Notes under the pieces: model-generated
Told to the model about the DNA's origin: nothing
What the model saw: the letters and a program-made list of their open reading frames with translations, nothing else
Databases searched by the model: none
Part shown: in pieces, positions 33,124-42,561 of the stretch
Layout of the letters: every line of letters begins with the position of its first letter
Numbering within the stretch: position 1 is the stretch's first letter
Source: an uncultured Actinomycetes bacterium
Lineage (GTDB): Bacteria; Actinomycetota; UBA4738; HRBIN12
Direction: 5' to 3'
Length of the DNA stretch: 64,000 nucleotides
Assembly: GCA_963810915.1 (NCBI GenBank)
Contig: CAWEPH010000006.1
Coordinates: 939,030-1,003,029 of the forward strand
Made by a program: the position numbers and the translations under genes

Positions 33124-36100
33124 CTATGAACTCGTGAGCTCGATTGACTCGACGTCGGTGAGATCGATCGTCTGCTCGGCGAACACCGTCGTGAGGTCGG
33201 GTTCCGAGCGTGCCCCGAAGCGCTTGTAGAGCGCGGGGACGATGAACAGCGTGAGCAGTGTGGTCGAGACCAGCCCTCCGAGGACCACCACGGCCATCGG
33301 CTGCACGATCTCGAGCCCCGCGATCCGTCCTGCGATCGCCAGGGGCGCGAACACGAGGGCCGTGGTGAAGACCGAGGTCATCACGGGCGAGAACCGTTCC
33401 CCCGCTCCGCGCAGGACGAGTTCGTCGCCGAAGGCCTGGCCCTCATGCCGCTCGAGGTGCTGCGCATGCCGGATCTGCATGAGGGCCTGACGGGCGGCGA
33501 GCCCGAGGATCGCGAGGAACCCGGCGACGGACCCGATCGAGACGGCTCGTCCGTCGACCAGCGCGGCGACCGCGCCGCCGGAGAGGCTGAGGGGGAGCAT
33601 CAGGAAGATCAGCGCCGCCAGGCGCCAGTTGCCGATGGCCGCCTGCACCAGCAGGAGGACGGCGATCGCGGCGGCGATCGCGAAGCCAAGCGCCTGCCGG
33701 TCCGCTGCCCTGCCGTCCGCGTAGTCTCCGACGAGGGCGGCGTGATACTCCATCGGGAACTCGACCTGGCCGAGACCGGCCTGTACGTCGTCGGTGATGG
33801 CCCCCAGGTCACGACCCGATGTGGCGGCGGTGACGTCGATGCTTCTGGAGACGTCCACGTGCCGGATGACCGTGGGGCTCGATCCGATCCGCACGTCGGC
33901 CACATCGCCCAACCGAACCTGCCCGCCGGCGGGGGTGTCGATCGCGAGATCCTGGACGCTGGAGAGATCGTGGCGAACCTCCGGCGTTCCCCACACCACG
34001 ACGTCGAACACCTTCTGATCGTCGAAGAGGCTGCCGACCTGGATGCCGGACAGCAGCGTCGCGGCCGCCCGCCTGACATCGCCCGGCACGATCTCGTACC
34101 GCTCGGCCGCATCCAGGTCGACCTCGATCTCGAGGGTGGGCTCCTCGGACTGGGCGGCGACCCGTGGGTCCTCGATCCCGTCGATCCCGGAGAGGACCTG
34201 CCGCACCTCCTCGGCCTTGCTGCGCAGGATCCCCAGGTCCTGCCCGAAGATCCGCACGGTGATGGGATCGTTCGACCCCCCCAGGACCTGATCGATCCGT
34301 GCGGAGGGGTAGGTCACCACGTCGCGGCGAAGCCCTGGATAACCGTGAACGACCTCTTCGATCGAGGCCCTGGTCGCGTCGTAGTCGGCCCCGGGGTCGA
34401 TGGTGACCCACAACTCGCTCGCCTCCGTGCCGACGACCTGATCCGACAGGAGTGCACGCCCCGCATGTCCGCCCACGTTCAGCACCCCGGGAACGGCGCG
34501 GATCTCGTTGCTCATCAGCGCCGTGACCCGGTCCATCTCGGTGAGGGAGGTGCCCGGTGGGCCACTCAGTCGTACAAGCAGGTCCGTGTCCTTGAACTCG
34601 GGCGTGAACGACCGTCCGAGGAAGGGCACGGCGAGGAGTCCGACCAATAGGAGCCCCCCCGCCAGGACGAACGCCGGACGCGCCGAACGGAGCACGCGCG
34701 AGACGCCTCGCTGGTACCGGGGCCGCAGCGAGCGAACGATCGGGGACTCGCGGACCTCGGTCGGCGCCTTGGCGAGCAGCGTCAGTCCGAGCGCCGGCGT
34801 CACCAAGAGGGCGACCGACATCGACGCCACCACCGCCACCCCGTAGGCGATCGCGATCGAGGGGACGAACGCCCCGAACGCCCCTCGCGTGAAGAAGACC
34901 GGAACGAACACGACGAGCGCGATCAGGACGGCATACAGGCCGGCGGTGCGCATCTCCATGAAGGCGTCGCGGACGGTCAGCGCGAGGAGACCCGTGCCGC
35001 CGTTGCCGCTCGCGCGGCGTTCACGCATGCGTCGGGCGACGTTCTCCGTGTCGCCCACCGCATCATCGATCACGACGACGAGCGCCAGGATCAGGCCGGC
35101 CACGATCATGGAGTTGAACGTCGTGTGGGTCCAGGTCAGCACGAGCACCGCCGTCAGCAGCGACGTGGCCATCGCGACGACGGCGATGAGCGCGCTGCGC
35201 CATGAGAAGAGGAAGGCCCCGAGGGCGAGCAGCAGGAGCAACGCACCGATGATCAGCGCGGTCGTGAGGTTGTGACTCGACGACTCGATGTAGGTCCCGG
35301 GTCGGAAGAGCGATGTGTCGATGGTGATCCCCGAGAGACCGGGGCGAAGGTCGTCGAGCGCCGCCTCGACCCCGCGCGTCACGTCCAGCGGGTTCGCGCC
35401 TGGGAGCTTCTCGATGACGAGCAGCAGGCCGGGCCCGTCCGAGAACACGGCGTCGCCGATGAGCGGTTGATGATCCACGACGATGTCGCTGACGTCGCCC
35501 AGGCGGAGCGGCGCTCCTCCGGTGTCCTGGACGATCACCTTCGCGAGGTCGGCCGGCGAGGCGAAGGGCACACCGTGCTGGATGCCGAATCGCTGGTTCG
35601 GGGTCTCGATGATCCCCCCGGTGCCCGGCGTGGATGCCTCGACGAAGGTCAGGTTCGAGACGAACTGCGCGTTCGCGGTCGTCTCGATGATCTGCTGCAG
35701 GGACACGTCGTTCGCCTGGAGGCGCGCGGGATCGACCAGCACCTGTAGCTGCCGCTCGCGCTGTCCCCAGACGGACACGTTGGCCACCCCCGGAACCCCC
35801 ATCAGCCGGGGTCGGATGTTCCAGCGGGCGAGCAGGGACATGTCGATCAGCGAGAGCTCTTCCGAGGTGAGGCCGACCATCATCACGCGGCTCGTCGACG
35901 AGACCGGCTGGAGCATCTGGGGAGGCTTCGAGACCTGTGGCAGCGCGTGGGCCTGTGTGAGGCGCTCCTCCACGACCTGACGGGCGTCCAGGATGTCCGT
36001 GCCGGGCTCGAAGACCATCTCGATCGAGGAGAGCCCGGGGAGCGAAGCCGACTTGATCGTGTGGAGGAACGCGACACCGTTGAGGAGGTCCTGCTCGAGC

Positions 36101-36303
36101 GGGACGGTGATCAGCTCCTCGACCTCCGCCGCGGAAAGCCCGAGCGCTTCCGTCTGGACCTCGACCGTCGGGGGCGTGAACTCCGGCAGGACGTCCTTGG
36201 GCACGCTCCGGAGCTGCGCGATGCCCAGAGCCATCAACAGCGCTGCGAGGAACAACATGAACCCACGCGCCTTGAGGCTCGATCCGATGATCCACCTCAT
36301 CAT
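33124..36303 (-). CDS. RND efflux transporter permease subunit, paralog 2
   Basis: About 1060 aa from MMRWIIGSSLKARGFML.... Clear paralog of 29504..32656 across its full length. Confidence 0.85.
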   Translation of the reverse strand: MMRWIIGSSLKARGFMLFLAALLMALGIAQLRSVPKDVLPEFTPPTVEVQTEALGLSAAEVEELITVPLEQDLLNGVAFLHTIKSASLPGLSSIEMVFEPGTDILDARQVVEERLTQAHALPQVSKPPQMLQPVSSTSRVMMVGLTSEELSLIDMSLLARWNIRPRLMGVPGVANVSVWGQRERQLQVLVDPARLQANDVSLQQIIETTANAQFVSNLTFVEASTPGTGGIIETPNQRFGIQHGVPFASPADLAKVIVQDTGGAPLRLGDVSDIVVDHQPLIGDAVFSDGPGLLLVIEKLPGANPLDVTRGVEAALDDLRPGLSGITIDTSLFRPGTYIESSSHNLTTALIIGALLLLLALGAFLFSWRSALIAVVAMATSLLTAVLVLTWTHTTFNSMIVAGLILALVVVIDDAVGDTENVARRMRERRASGNGGTGLLALTVRDAFMEMRTAGLYAVLIALVVFVPVFFTRGAFGAFVPSIAIAYGVAVVASMSVALLVTPALGLTLLAKAPTEVRESPIVRSLRPRYQRGVSRVLRSARPAFVLAGGLLLVGLLAVPFLGRSFTPEFKDTDLLVRLSGPPGTSLTEMDRVTALMSNEIRAVPGVLNVGGHAGRALLSDQVVGTEASELWVTIDPGADYDATRASIEEVVHGYPGLRRDVVTYPSARIDQVLGGSNDPITVRIFGQDLGILRSKAEEVRQVLSGIDGIEDPRVAAQSEEPTLEIEVDLDAAERYEIVPGDVRRAAATLLSGIQVGSLFDDQKVFDVVVWGTPEVRHDLSSVQDLAIDTPAGGQVRLGDVADVRIGSSPTVIRHVDVSRSIDVTAATSGRDLGAITDDVQAGLGQVEFPMEYHAALVGDYADGRAADRQALGFAIAAAIAVLLLVQAAIGNWRLAALIFLMLPLSLSGGAVAALVDGRAVSIGSVAGFLAILGLAARQALMQIRHAQHLERHEGQAFGDELVLRGAGERFSPVMTSVFTTALVFAPLAIAGRIAGLEIVQPMAVVVLGGLVSTTLLTLFIVPALYKRFGARSEPDLTTVFAEQTIDLTDVESIELTSS

Positions 36304-36435
36304 GATGCCCGAACCTCCCTCGACGGATCGCCCGATGCGCACACTAGGAACGGGGAGGGTGCCGAACATCGTCGTGTGGGATGAATCCCGTCGTCCCCGG
36401 AGACGACAGGCGCTCGCCTCGCGGAGGTGGTCGAC

Positions 36436-37098
36436 CTAGCGCCGGGTGGGCTTGACCAGACCGGTGCTGTAGGCGAGCACGACCGCCTGCACGCGGTCAC
36501 GGAGTTCGAGTTTCTCGAAGATGTGCCGAACGTGGGTGCGCACGGTGGTGTCCGCGATGAAGAGCTCAGCGGCGATCTCGCCGTTCGAACGCCCCTGTCC
36601 GACCAACGTGAGGACCGTGCGTTCGGTCGGCGTGAGCGTGTCGAGCTCGTGCGCCTGTTCCGGACCCGGCACGCGCGGCTCGATGAACGTTTCAACGAGA
36701 CGCCGGGTCACCGAGGGCGCGAGGAGCGTGTCGCCGTCGGCCACGACCCTGATGGCGTGCACCAACTCATCCGCGCGGACATCCTTCAGTAAGAAGCCGC
36801 TCGCACCCGCCCTGAGCGCTTCGAGCACGTACTCGTCGATGTCGAAGGTCGTGAGGATCAGGATCTTGATGGCGCCGCCCTCGGCCGCCAGGATCCTCGT
36901 CGCCTCCACGCCATCGATCCCGGGCATCCGGATGTCCATCAGGACGACGTCGGGTTGTAAGAGGTGAGCCTGTTCGATCGCTTCACTTCCGTCGGCGGCC
37001 TCGCCGACGAGCTCGATGTCGTCTTCAGACCGCAGTGTCATCTCGAAGGCGGCGCGCATCAGTGGTTGATCGTCGGCAACCAGAACGCGGATGGTCAC
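36436..37098 (-). CDS. NarL/LuxR-family response regulator
   Basis: Receiver domain (VADDQ, DVVLMDIRMPGIDG, K in ILILTTFD) plus LuxR HTH. Overlaps the upstream kinase gene by 4 nt. Confidence 0.85.
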   Translation of the reverse strand: MTIRVLVADDQPLMRAAFEMTLRSEDDIELVGEAADGSEAIEQAHLLQPDVVLMDIRMPGIDGVEATRILAAEGGAIKILILTTFDIDEYVLEALRAGASGFLLKDVRADELVHAIRVVADGDTLLAPSVTRRLVETFIEPRVPGPEQAHELDTLTPTERTVLTLVGQGRSNGEIAAELFIADTTVRTHVRHIFEKLELRDRVQAVVLAYSTGLVKPTRR

Positions 37099-38405
37099 GC
37101 CGGGTCCGCATCCAGCGGCAACGACGCCGCGACCTCGTACCCCCCGCTGAACCTCGCTCCTACCCGGAGTTGACCCCCGAAGAGCCCGACACGCTCTCGC
37201 ATGCCGAGATGTCCGTACCGCGACCGTTGCGGATCCGCATCGTCGAGAGAGAACCCTCCCCCGTTGTCCGTGATCACGAGATCCAGCGTCGAGGTCCCGT
37301 AGCGGATCAAGACCGACGCGCTCGCGGGCCCTGCGTGCTTCAGGACGTTGGTGAGGCCCTCCTGAACGATGCGGAACGCCGAGAGATCGAGTCCCGCGGG
37401 CAGGGTCCTCGGGGTGCCCTCCACCGTGAGCTCCACGGGAAGCCCAGCCTCTCGCACTTGCGAGAGCAGCGTCTCGATATCGCCCAGCCCTTGTTGTGGG
37501 TCGCGGACGTCGGGTCGATCGTCGTCGGTCCTCAGCAGTCCCAACATCCGCCGCATCTCCACCAGCGCCTCTCGACCCGAGTCCTCGATCGAGCGCAACG
37601 CTGAGCGCCCCTCCTCGGGATCGCCGTCGAACACGCGCTGCGCGGCGGCCGATTGAGCCACGATGACGCTCACGTTGTGCGCCACCATGTCGTGAAGCTC
37701 ACGCGCGATCACTCGGCGCTCTTCGGCCACCGCCTGCTGCGCCGCCAATTCGCGTTCCCGCTCGAGGCGCGTCGCCCGATCCTCAAGATCACTCACCTGA
37801 GTCCGCTTGCTCCGCAGACCGTCACCGATGAACCAGACGGCGCCCACCACGAGGCCCTCGGCGAAGATCGTGTCGAACTCGATGGGTTCTCTCGACAGGA
37901 TGAGGAGCAGCAGCACGACGCCGCCACTCGCGACGGCGGCCGGGATCGAGACCCGACGATCGGTGTGTGCGGCCACCGAGTAGAGCGCGAGGAGGAATCC
38001 GAAGGAGGCGAACGACGGAAGGTAGCCGAACGAGAAGAACAGGAACATCGCGGAGCTGCACACCGCGAGGACGGCAACCGGTGCCGCCCGCCTCCAGACG
38101 AGAGGCACGGTCTGCATCAGCGCAAGCACGAGGCCGAGCGTGTCGAGACTGCGATCCCTTGGCGTACCGCCCTCGGGGAGATCGACGTGGAAGTGCGCCA
38201 AGAGACCGACCAACGACGCTGCCGTCAGCAGCGCCGCGACGATGGTGTCTTGGACGAGCGGATCGGCGAGCGCGTGCCGGAGTGCTCGGCTCGCCGATCC
38301 GGGGTGCTCGCGCACACGGAGGGCGACGGCGGGTGAGCCCGTAGGTTCCGGGCTCGGATGTGAACGGGAGAGCCTCAGGAGACCGCGATCCCCACCGTTC
38401 ATGTC
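37095..38405 (-). CDS. Sensor histidine kinase (multi-TM intramembrane-sensing N-domain, HisKA_3, HATPase_c)
   Basis: H-box ELHDMVAHNVSVI, N-box LTNVLKHA, G-boxes DNGGGF / GHLGMRERVGLFGG. 4-6 TM helices with no large extracytoplasmic loop. Start uncertain (38405-38495). Confidence 0.8.
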   Translation of the reverse strand, partial: DMNGGDRGLLRLSRSHPSPEPTGSPAVALRVREHPGSASRALRHALADPLVQDTIVAALLTAASLVGLLAHFHVDLPEGGTPRDRSLDTLGLVLALMQTVPLVWRRAAPVAVLAVCSSAMFLFFSFGYLPSFASFGFLLALYSVAAHTDRRVSIPAAVASGGVVLLLLILSREPIEFDTIFAEGLVVGAVWFIGDGLRSKRTQVSDLEDRATRLERERELAAQQAVAEERRVIARELHDMVAHNVSVIVAQSAAAQRVFDGDPEEGRSALRSIEDSGREALVEMRRMLGLLRTDDDRPDVRDPQQGLGDIETLLSQVREAGLPVELTVEGTPRTLPAGLDLSAFRIVQEGLTNVLKHAGPASASVLIRYGTSTLDLVITDNGGGFSLDDADPQRSRYGHLGMRERVGLFGGQLRVGARFSGGYEVAASLPLDADPA

Positions 38406-38571
38406 GACACCGGCTCTCAGGGAGTGACCGCGAGGGGCCGGATCACTCATGCCATGCGGACGTTTGCCGGAACATAAACCCTGAGGGCGGCTCAACTCAA
38501 TAGTCTGTATGGGCAGGAGATCCCGCAGGCCGCGGAGGGTGATGATGCACGCAGCTCACGCCAACGGCTCC

Positions 38572-39888
38572 TCACGCGGGGGGATCCGCGGCAGGGGCAA
38601 CCGCCGGTTCTCGTCGTGGGACGGATCCGCCCCCAGGTGGGGGACGCGGCCGCTCGAACCGCCCGAAGATCGCGATCAGGCCGAGCAGGATGACGCCGGG
38701 CACGACGATCCAGACCGGCCGCTCCAGCCACCATCGCAGGGTGCTGTCGGTCTCCTGCCCGAACCCGAGCGGCCAGAGCAGCAAGATCGCGAGCAGGTAG
38801 GCGGTCATGTGCCAGAGGAAGAGGGTCATGATCACGCCGTTCATCGCCACCGTGAACGTCCAGGGCCGCCGATACTGGAGCCACCGGTTCGCTCGATCGC
38901 GCAGCAGCATCGCCGCACCGATCGACCACACGCCGCCCAACAGGAAGCAGAGGGTTGGCGGGTACGCGTTGGAGACCGCCTCCACGTCGGTCCCGAGAAG
39001 GCTCTTGGGGTACGCGCCGATGCCCGGGAACCACGTGTGGCGCGCGTCGCCGAAGAGCTGCCAGAAGGGCGGGTTGGTCAGGACCACGAGACCGCCCAGC
39101 CCCGCGGCCACCATCGCCCAGAATACCGGGCGCGGCCACCGCAGCATGCTGCCGTCCCCGTAGGCATGACCGAGCTGGTGCGGGAACAACAGCACGAACG
39201 CCACGTTGCCCCAGCGTGCGATGGGATGGCCGCCCATGAACCCGATCGCGTCGCAGAGCACCGCGCCGAGCACCATCGCGGCCGGCACCCACAGGCCGAA
39301 GCGTCGGTGCAGCCAGATCGTGCCCGGCGCGACGGCCACGACGACGAGGTACACGGCGAGGAACCACAGGGGCCCGAACGGGATGGTGGCGCCCGGAGGC
39401 AGGACGCCGCGGAGCAGGCGCGTGTCGCCCCACAACGGCGGGCCGGCCGGGGCGCCGATGTCCGCCACGTGCAGCACGACGAGCACCACCGCCCACACGC
39501 CGAGGAAGACGAGCGACGGACGGAGCAGGCGCGCGGCCCGGCTCCGCACGAACGCACCCGCGGTCCGGCCGCGCGCCCGGTACGCGTCGTACGTGCGCAG
39601 GTTCGCGAAGCCGCCCACGAAGAAGAAGATGGGCATCACCTGCAGCAGCCAGGTGGCGAGCCAGAGGTACGGCGTCAGGCCGATCGCGCTCGTGTCCCTG
39701 ATCACCCCGTGGTCCCACACGATCACGCCGATCATCCAGTGCCCGCACACCACGGCGAGGATGCTGACGGCGCGCAGGAAGTCGACGTAGCGGTCCCGCG
39801 TCGACGGCGTCTGCGCGACGAGCTCACTCACGTTGCCGCCCACGGCACCTCCCATCCCCGGTGTAGCCGCCGAATCGGTCCCGGTCAA
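38572..39888 (-). CDS. Acyltransferase family 3 (OafA/OpgC-like) integral membrane acyltransferase
   Basis: About 10 TM helices. N-terminal RYVDFLRAVSILAVVCGHW motif characteristic of Acyltransferase_3. Confidence 0.7.
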   Translation of the reverse strand: MTGTDSAATPGMGGAVGGNVSELVAQTPSTRDRYVDFLRAVSILAVVCGHWMIGVIVWDHGVIRDTSAIGLTPYLWLATWLLQVMPIFFFVGGFANLRTYDAYRARGRTAGAFVRSRAARLLRPSLVFLGVWAVVLVVLHVADIGAPAGPPLWGDTRLLRGVLPPGATIPFGPLWFLAVYLVVVAVAPGTIWLHRRFGLWVPAAMVLGAVLCDAIGFMGGHPIARWGNVAFVLLFPHQLGHAYGDGSMLRWPRPVFWAMVAAGLGGLVVLTNPPFWQLFGDARHTWFPGIGAYPKSLLGTDVEAVSNAYPPTLCFLLGGVWSIGAAMLLRDRANRWLQYRRPWTFTVAMNGVIMTLFLWHMTAYLLAILLLWPLGFGQETDSTLRWWLERPVWIVVPGVILLGLIAIFGRFERPRPPPGGGSVPRREPAVAPAADPPA

Positions 39889-39909
39889 CCTGCTCGACGC
39901 GGTTGGTGC

Positions 39910-41541
39910 TCAGGCGCGGTAGACGACGTCGCCGCCAACGATCGTGTGGGTGACGCGCACGTCGAGGATCCGGCGCGGCTCGGCCTCGAGCGCGAACAGA
40001 TCCTCGGATAGCACGACGAGATCCGCGTACTTGCCCACGGTCACCGAACCGCGGTTCGACTCGGCGAAGCACGCTCCGGCGCCCCCCATCGTGTAGGCGC
40101 GCAGCGTGCTGGCGAGGTCGAGGGTCTCCTCCGGGATCCAGGCATCGGAGCCATCGAGGTTCGCGCGCGTGAGCGCCGTGTAGATGCCCACCATCGGATC
40201 CATCTCCGCCACGTTCCAGTCGCTCGAGAACGTGAGCCTGGCGCCCGCGTCCCGGAGGCTCCGGAACGCCCACGCGTAGCGCCAACGCTCTGGGCCGACG
40301 TTCGCGCGCCAATCCGCCACGATCTCGGGTGCGCAGTGCCGCGGCTGCATGCACGGCATCACGCCGAGCGCGCCGAACCGCGGCACCTCGGCGGCGTCCA
40401 AGCATTCGGTGTGCACCATGAGGTGGCGGCGATCGCCCGGGCCGTTGGCTGCGCGCGCGGCCTCGATGCCGTCGAGCGCGGTGCGGAGCCCACGGTCGCC
40501 GGTCCCGTGGATGTGGCACTGGAACCCGCGGCCCTCGAGATCGGTGATCAGCTCGGCGAACTCCCGCGGCTGCCAGAAGAGCTCGCCGCGCTCGCCGGGA
40601 CGGTTCGCGTACGGCTCGAGCATGGCGGCGGTCCACGGCTCGATCACGTCGTCGATGTAGAGCTTGATGGGCCCCACTCGCAGCCGGTCGTCGTCCAGAC
40701 GCGCGCGCGCGGCCTCGAACTCGCGCACCTCGGCCTCGGAGGTCCCCACCGGGTGGAACATCGCCGCGACGAGACGCGAGCGCAGCCGTCCTTCCTCGCG
40801 GGCACGCTCGAAGATCCACAGGTCGTCGGGCGAGTTCTGCGGCTCCACGACCGTGGTGATGCCGAAGGCAGTGGCCATGTCGAGGCTCTCGATCGTGCGC
40901 TCGTACTGGAGCGCCCGCTCGTACCCGGGGAGGACGCCCTCCAGCGCCGCCTGTCCGGTGCGCGAGATGCCCATCACGGCGAACCCCGTCACGAACCCGG
41001 TCGGCTCCCCCGTCGCGTCCAGCTGCACGTGACCGAACGGCACCGTCGTCGCGTCGCGCGTGATCCCGAACGCCCGCATCGCCTCGCGGTTCATCCAGAC
41101 GTTGTGCGCGTCGTAGCTGAACAGGAACGCCGGCCGGCCACCCGTGAGGCCGTCGAGGTCCTCCCAGGTGGGAAGGCGTCCGCCGGGCATGGCGCCGTAG
41201 TTCCAGCCCACGCCCTCGATCCAGGTGAGCTCCGGATGGGCGTCGGCGTGGGCGCGCACCCGGGCGCGGAGCTCGTCGAGGCTAAGGGCGCCCGCGAGGT
41301 CGACCTCCGCCGGGTTCGACCCCAGCCGCACGTGGTTGTGCGAGTCGATGAACCCGGGCAGCACCGTCGCGCCGCGCGCATCGAGCACGTCGGTGTTGGG
41401 TCCGGCGAGGACTCGCGCCTCCTCGTCCGCTCCCACCCAGGCGACGCGCTCCCCCTCGATGGCGACGGCGCTCGCCTCGGGCATGGCGTCATCCATCGTG
41501 TGGACGCGCGCGTTCACGATCAGGAGATCGGGTTCCAAGCA
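39910..41541 (-). CDS. Amidohydrolase-family (Amidohydro_3-like) metal-dependent hydrolase
   Basis: LIVNARVHTMDD...GFIDSHNHV (HxH metal site) ...HIHGTGD... with a C-terminal DxH-type motif. TTG start at 41541 with GGAGGA 5 nt upstream. The long 5' ORF extension was rejected. Confidence 0.7.
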   Translation of the reverse strand, partial: CLEPDLLIVNARVHTMDDAMPEASAVAIEGERVAWVGADEEARVLAGPNTDVLDARGATVLPGFIDSHNHVRLGSNPAEVDLAGALSLDELRARVRAHADAHPELTWIEGVGWNYGAMPGGRLPTWEDLDGLTGGRPAFLFSYDAHNVWMNREAMRAFGITRDATTVPFGHVQLDATGEPTGFVTGFAVMGISRTGQAALEGVLPGYERALQYERTIESLDMATAFGITTVVEPQNSPDDLWIFERAREEGRLRSRLVAAMFHPVGTSEAEVREFEAARARLDDDRLRVGPIKLYIDDVIEPWTAAMLEPYANRPGERGELFWQPREFAELITDLEGRGFQCHIHGTGDRGLRTALDGIEAARAANGPGDRRHLMVHTECLDAAEVPRFGALGVMPCMQPRHCAPEIVADWRANVGPERWRYAWAFRSLRDAGARLTFSSDWNVAEMDPMVGIYTALTRANLDGSDAWIPEETLDLASTLRAYTMGGAGACFAESNRGSVTVGKYADLVVLSEDLFALEAEPRRILDVRVTHTIVGGDVVYRA

Positions 41542-41613
41542 TCCTCCTCGGGCTCGGAAGAGGTCATAGGCTTGCACGGTTGCCTCCCCCCCGCGAGTCG
41601 AAAGGACTTCCCC

Positions 41614-42516
41614 GTGGCCAAACGCAAGAAGCAGATCGAGCGGATCAAGCGGTTCACCGTCCCGCTGCGGGTCGAGCCGGGGAGCGCCGTGCGGCTCCCG
41701 AAGGGCTTCAACCCGCGCTTCAAGGCGGGGCTCCGCAAGAAGGACGCCAAGGACCTGCTGAGCCGCGGCGTGGAGATGCTCGCGGACTACCAGACGCGGC
41801 TCGCGGCCCAGGACACCTGGGCGGTCCTGGTGGTGCTGCAGGCGATCGACGCCGCCGGCAAGGACGGGACGATCAAGCACGTGATGAGCGGCGTGAACCC
41901 GCAGGGTGTGTCGGTGCGCTCGTTCAAGGTGCCCTCGACGGAAGAGCTCTCCCACGACTACCTGTGGCGCTATCAGAAAGCGCTCCCCGAGCGCGGGCAG
42001 ATCGGCATCTTCAACCGCTCGCACTACGAGGAGACGCTCGTCGTCCGCGTGCATCCGGAGCTCCTCGAGCGTCAGCTCCTGCCCACGGACCCCAAACCCA
42101 ACCAGGTCTGGAAGCGCCGGTACCGGGAGATCAACGAATGGGAGCACTACCTCGTGGAGAACGGCGTGAAGGTCGTGAAGCTCTTCCTGAACCTGTCCAA
42201 GGAGGAGCAGCGCGAGCGGTTCCTGGCGCGCATCGACGAGCCGGAGAAGAACTGGAAGTTCTCGGCCGCGGACGTGCGGGAGCGGGTCTTCTGGGAGGAC
42301 TACCAGGCGGCGTTCTCCGACATGCTCACGCACACGAGCACGCCGTGGGCGCCCTGGCACGTGATCCCGGCGGACCGCAAGTGGTTCGCGCGGGTCGCCG
42401 CCGCGGGCGTGATCATCGAGGCGCTGGCCGACATCGATCCCCGGTTCCCCGAGGTGAGCGAGGAGGACCGGGCAGCGCTGCTGGAGGAGCGCGCGATGCT
42501 GGTGGCCGAGCGCTGA
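41614..42516 (+). CDS. Polyphosphate kinase 2 (PPK2) family polyphosphate:nucleotide phosphotransferase
   Basis: Walker A-like (VLQAIDAAGKDGTIKHV) and PPK2 lid motifs (FNRSHYEETLVVRVH, WKRRYREINEWE). Confidence 0.75.
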   Translation: MAKRKKQIERIKRFTVPLRVEPGSAVRLPKGFNPRFKAGLRKKDAKDLLSRGVEMLADYQTRLAAQDTWAVLVVLQAIDAAGKDGTIKHVMSGVNPQGVSVRSFKVPSTEELSHDYLWRYQKALPERGQIGIFNRSHYEETLVVRVHPELLERQLLPTDPKPNQVWKRRYREINEWEHYLVENGVKVVKLFLNLSKEEQRERFLARIDEPEKNWKFSAADVRERVFWEDYQAAFSDMLTHTSTPWAPWHVIPADRKWFARVAAAGVIIEALADIDPRFPEVSEEDRAALLEERAMLVAER

Positions 42517-42561
42517 GGCTCCCTGTCCGGCCCGACCGCCGGTTGCGGTAGGGTCCGCCGC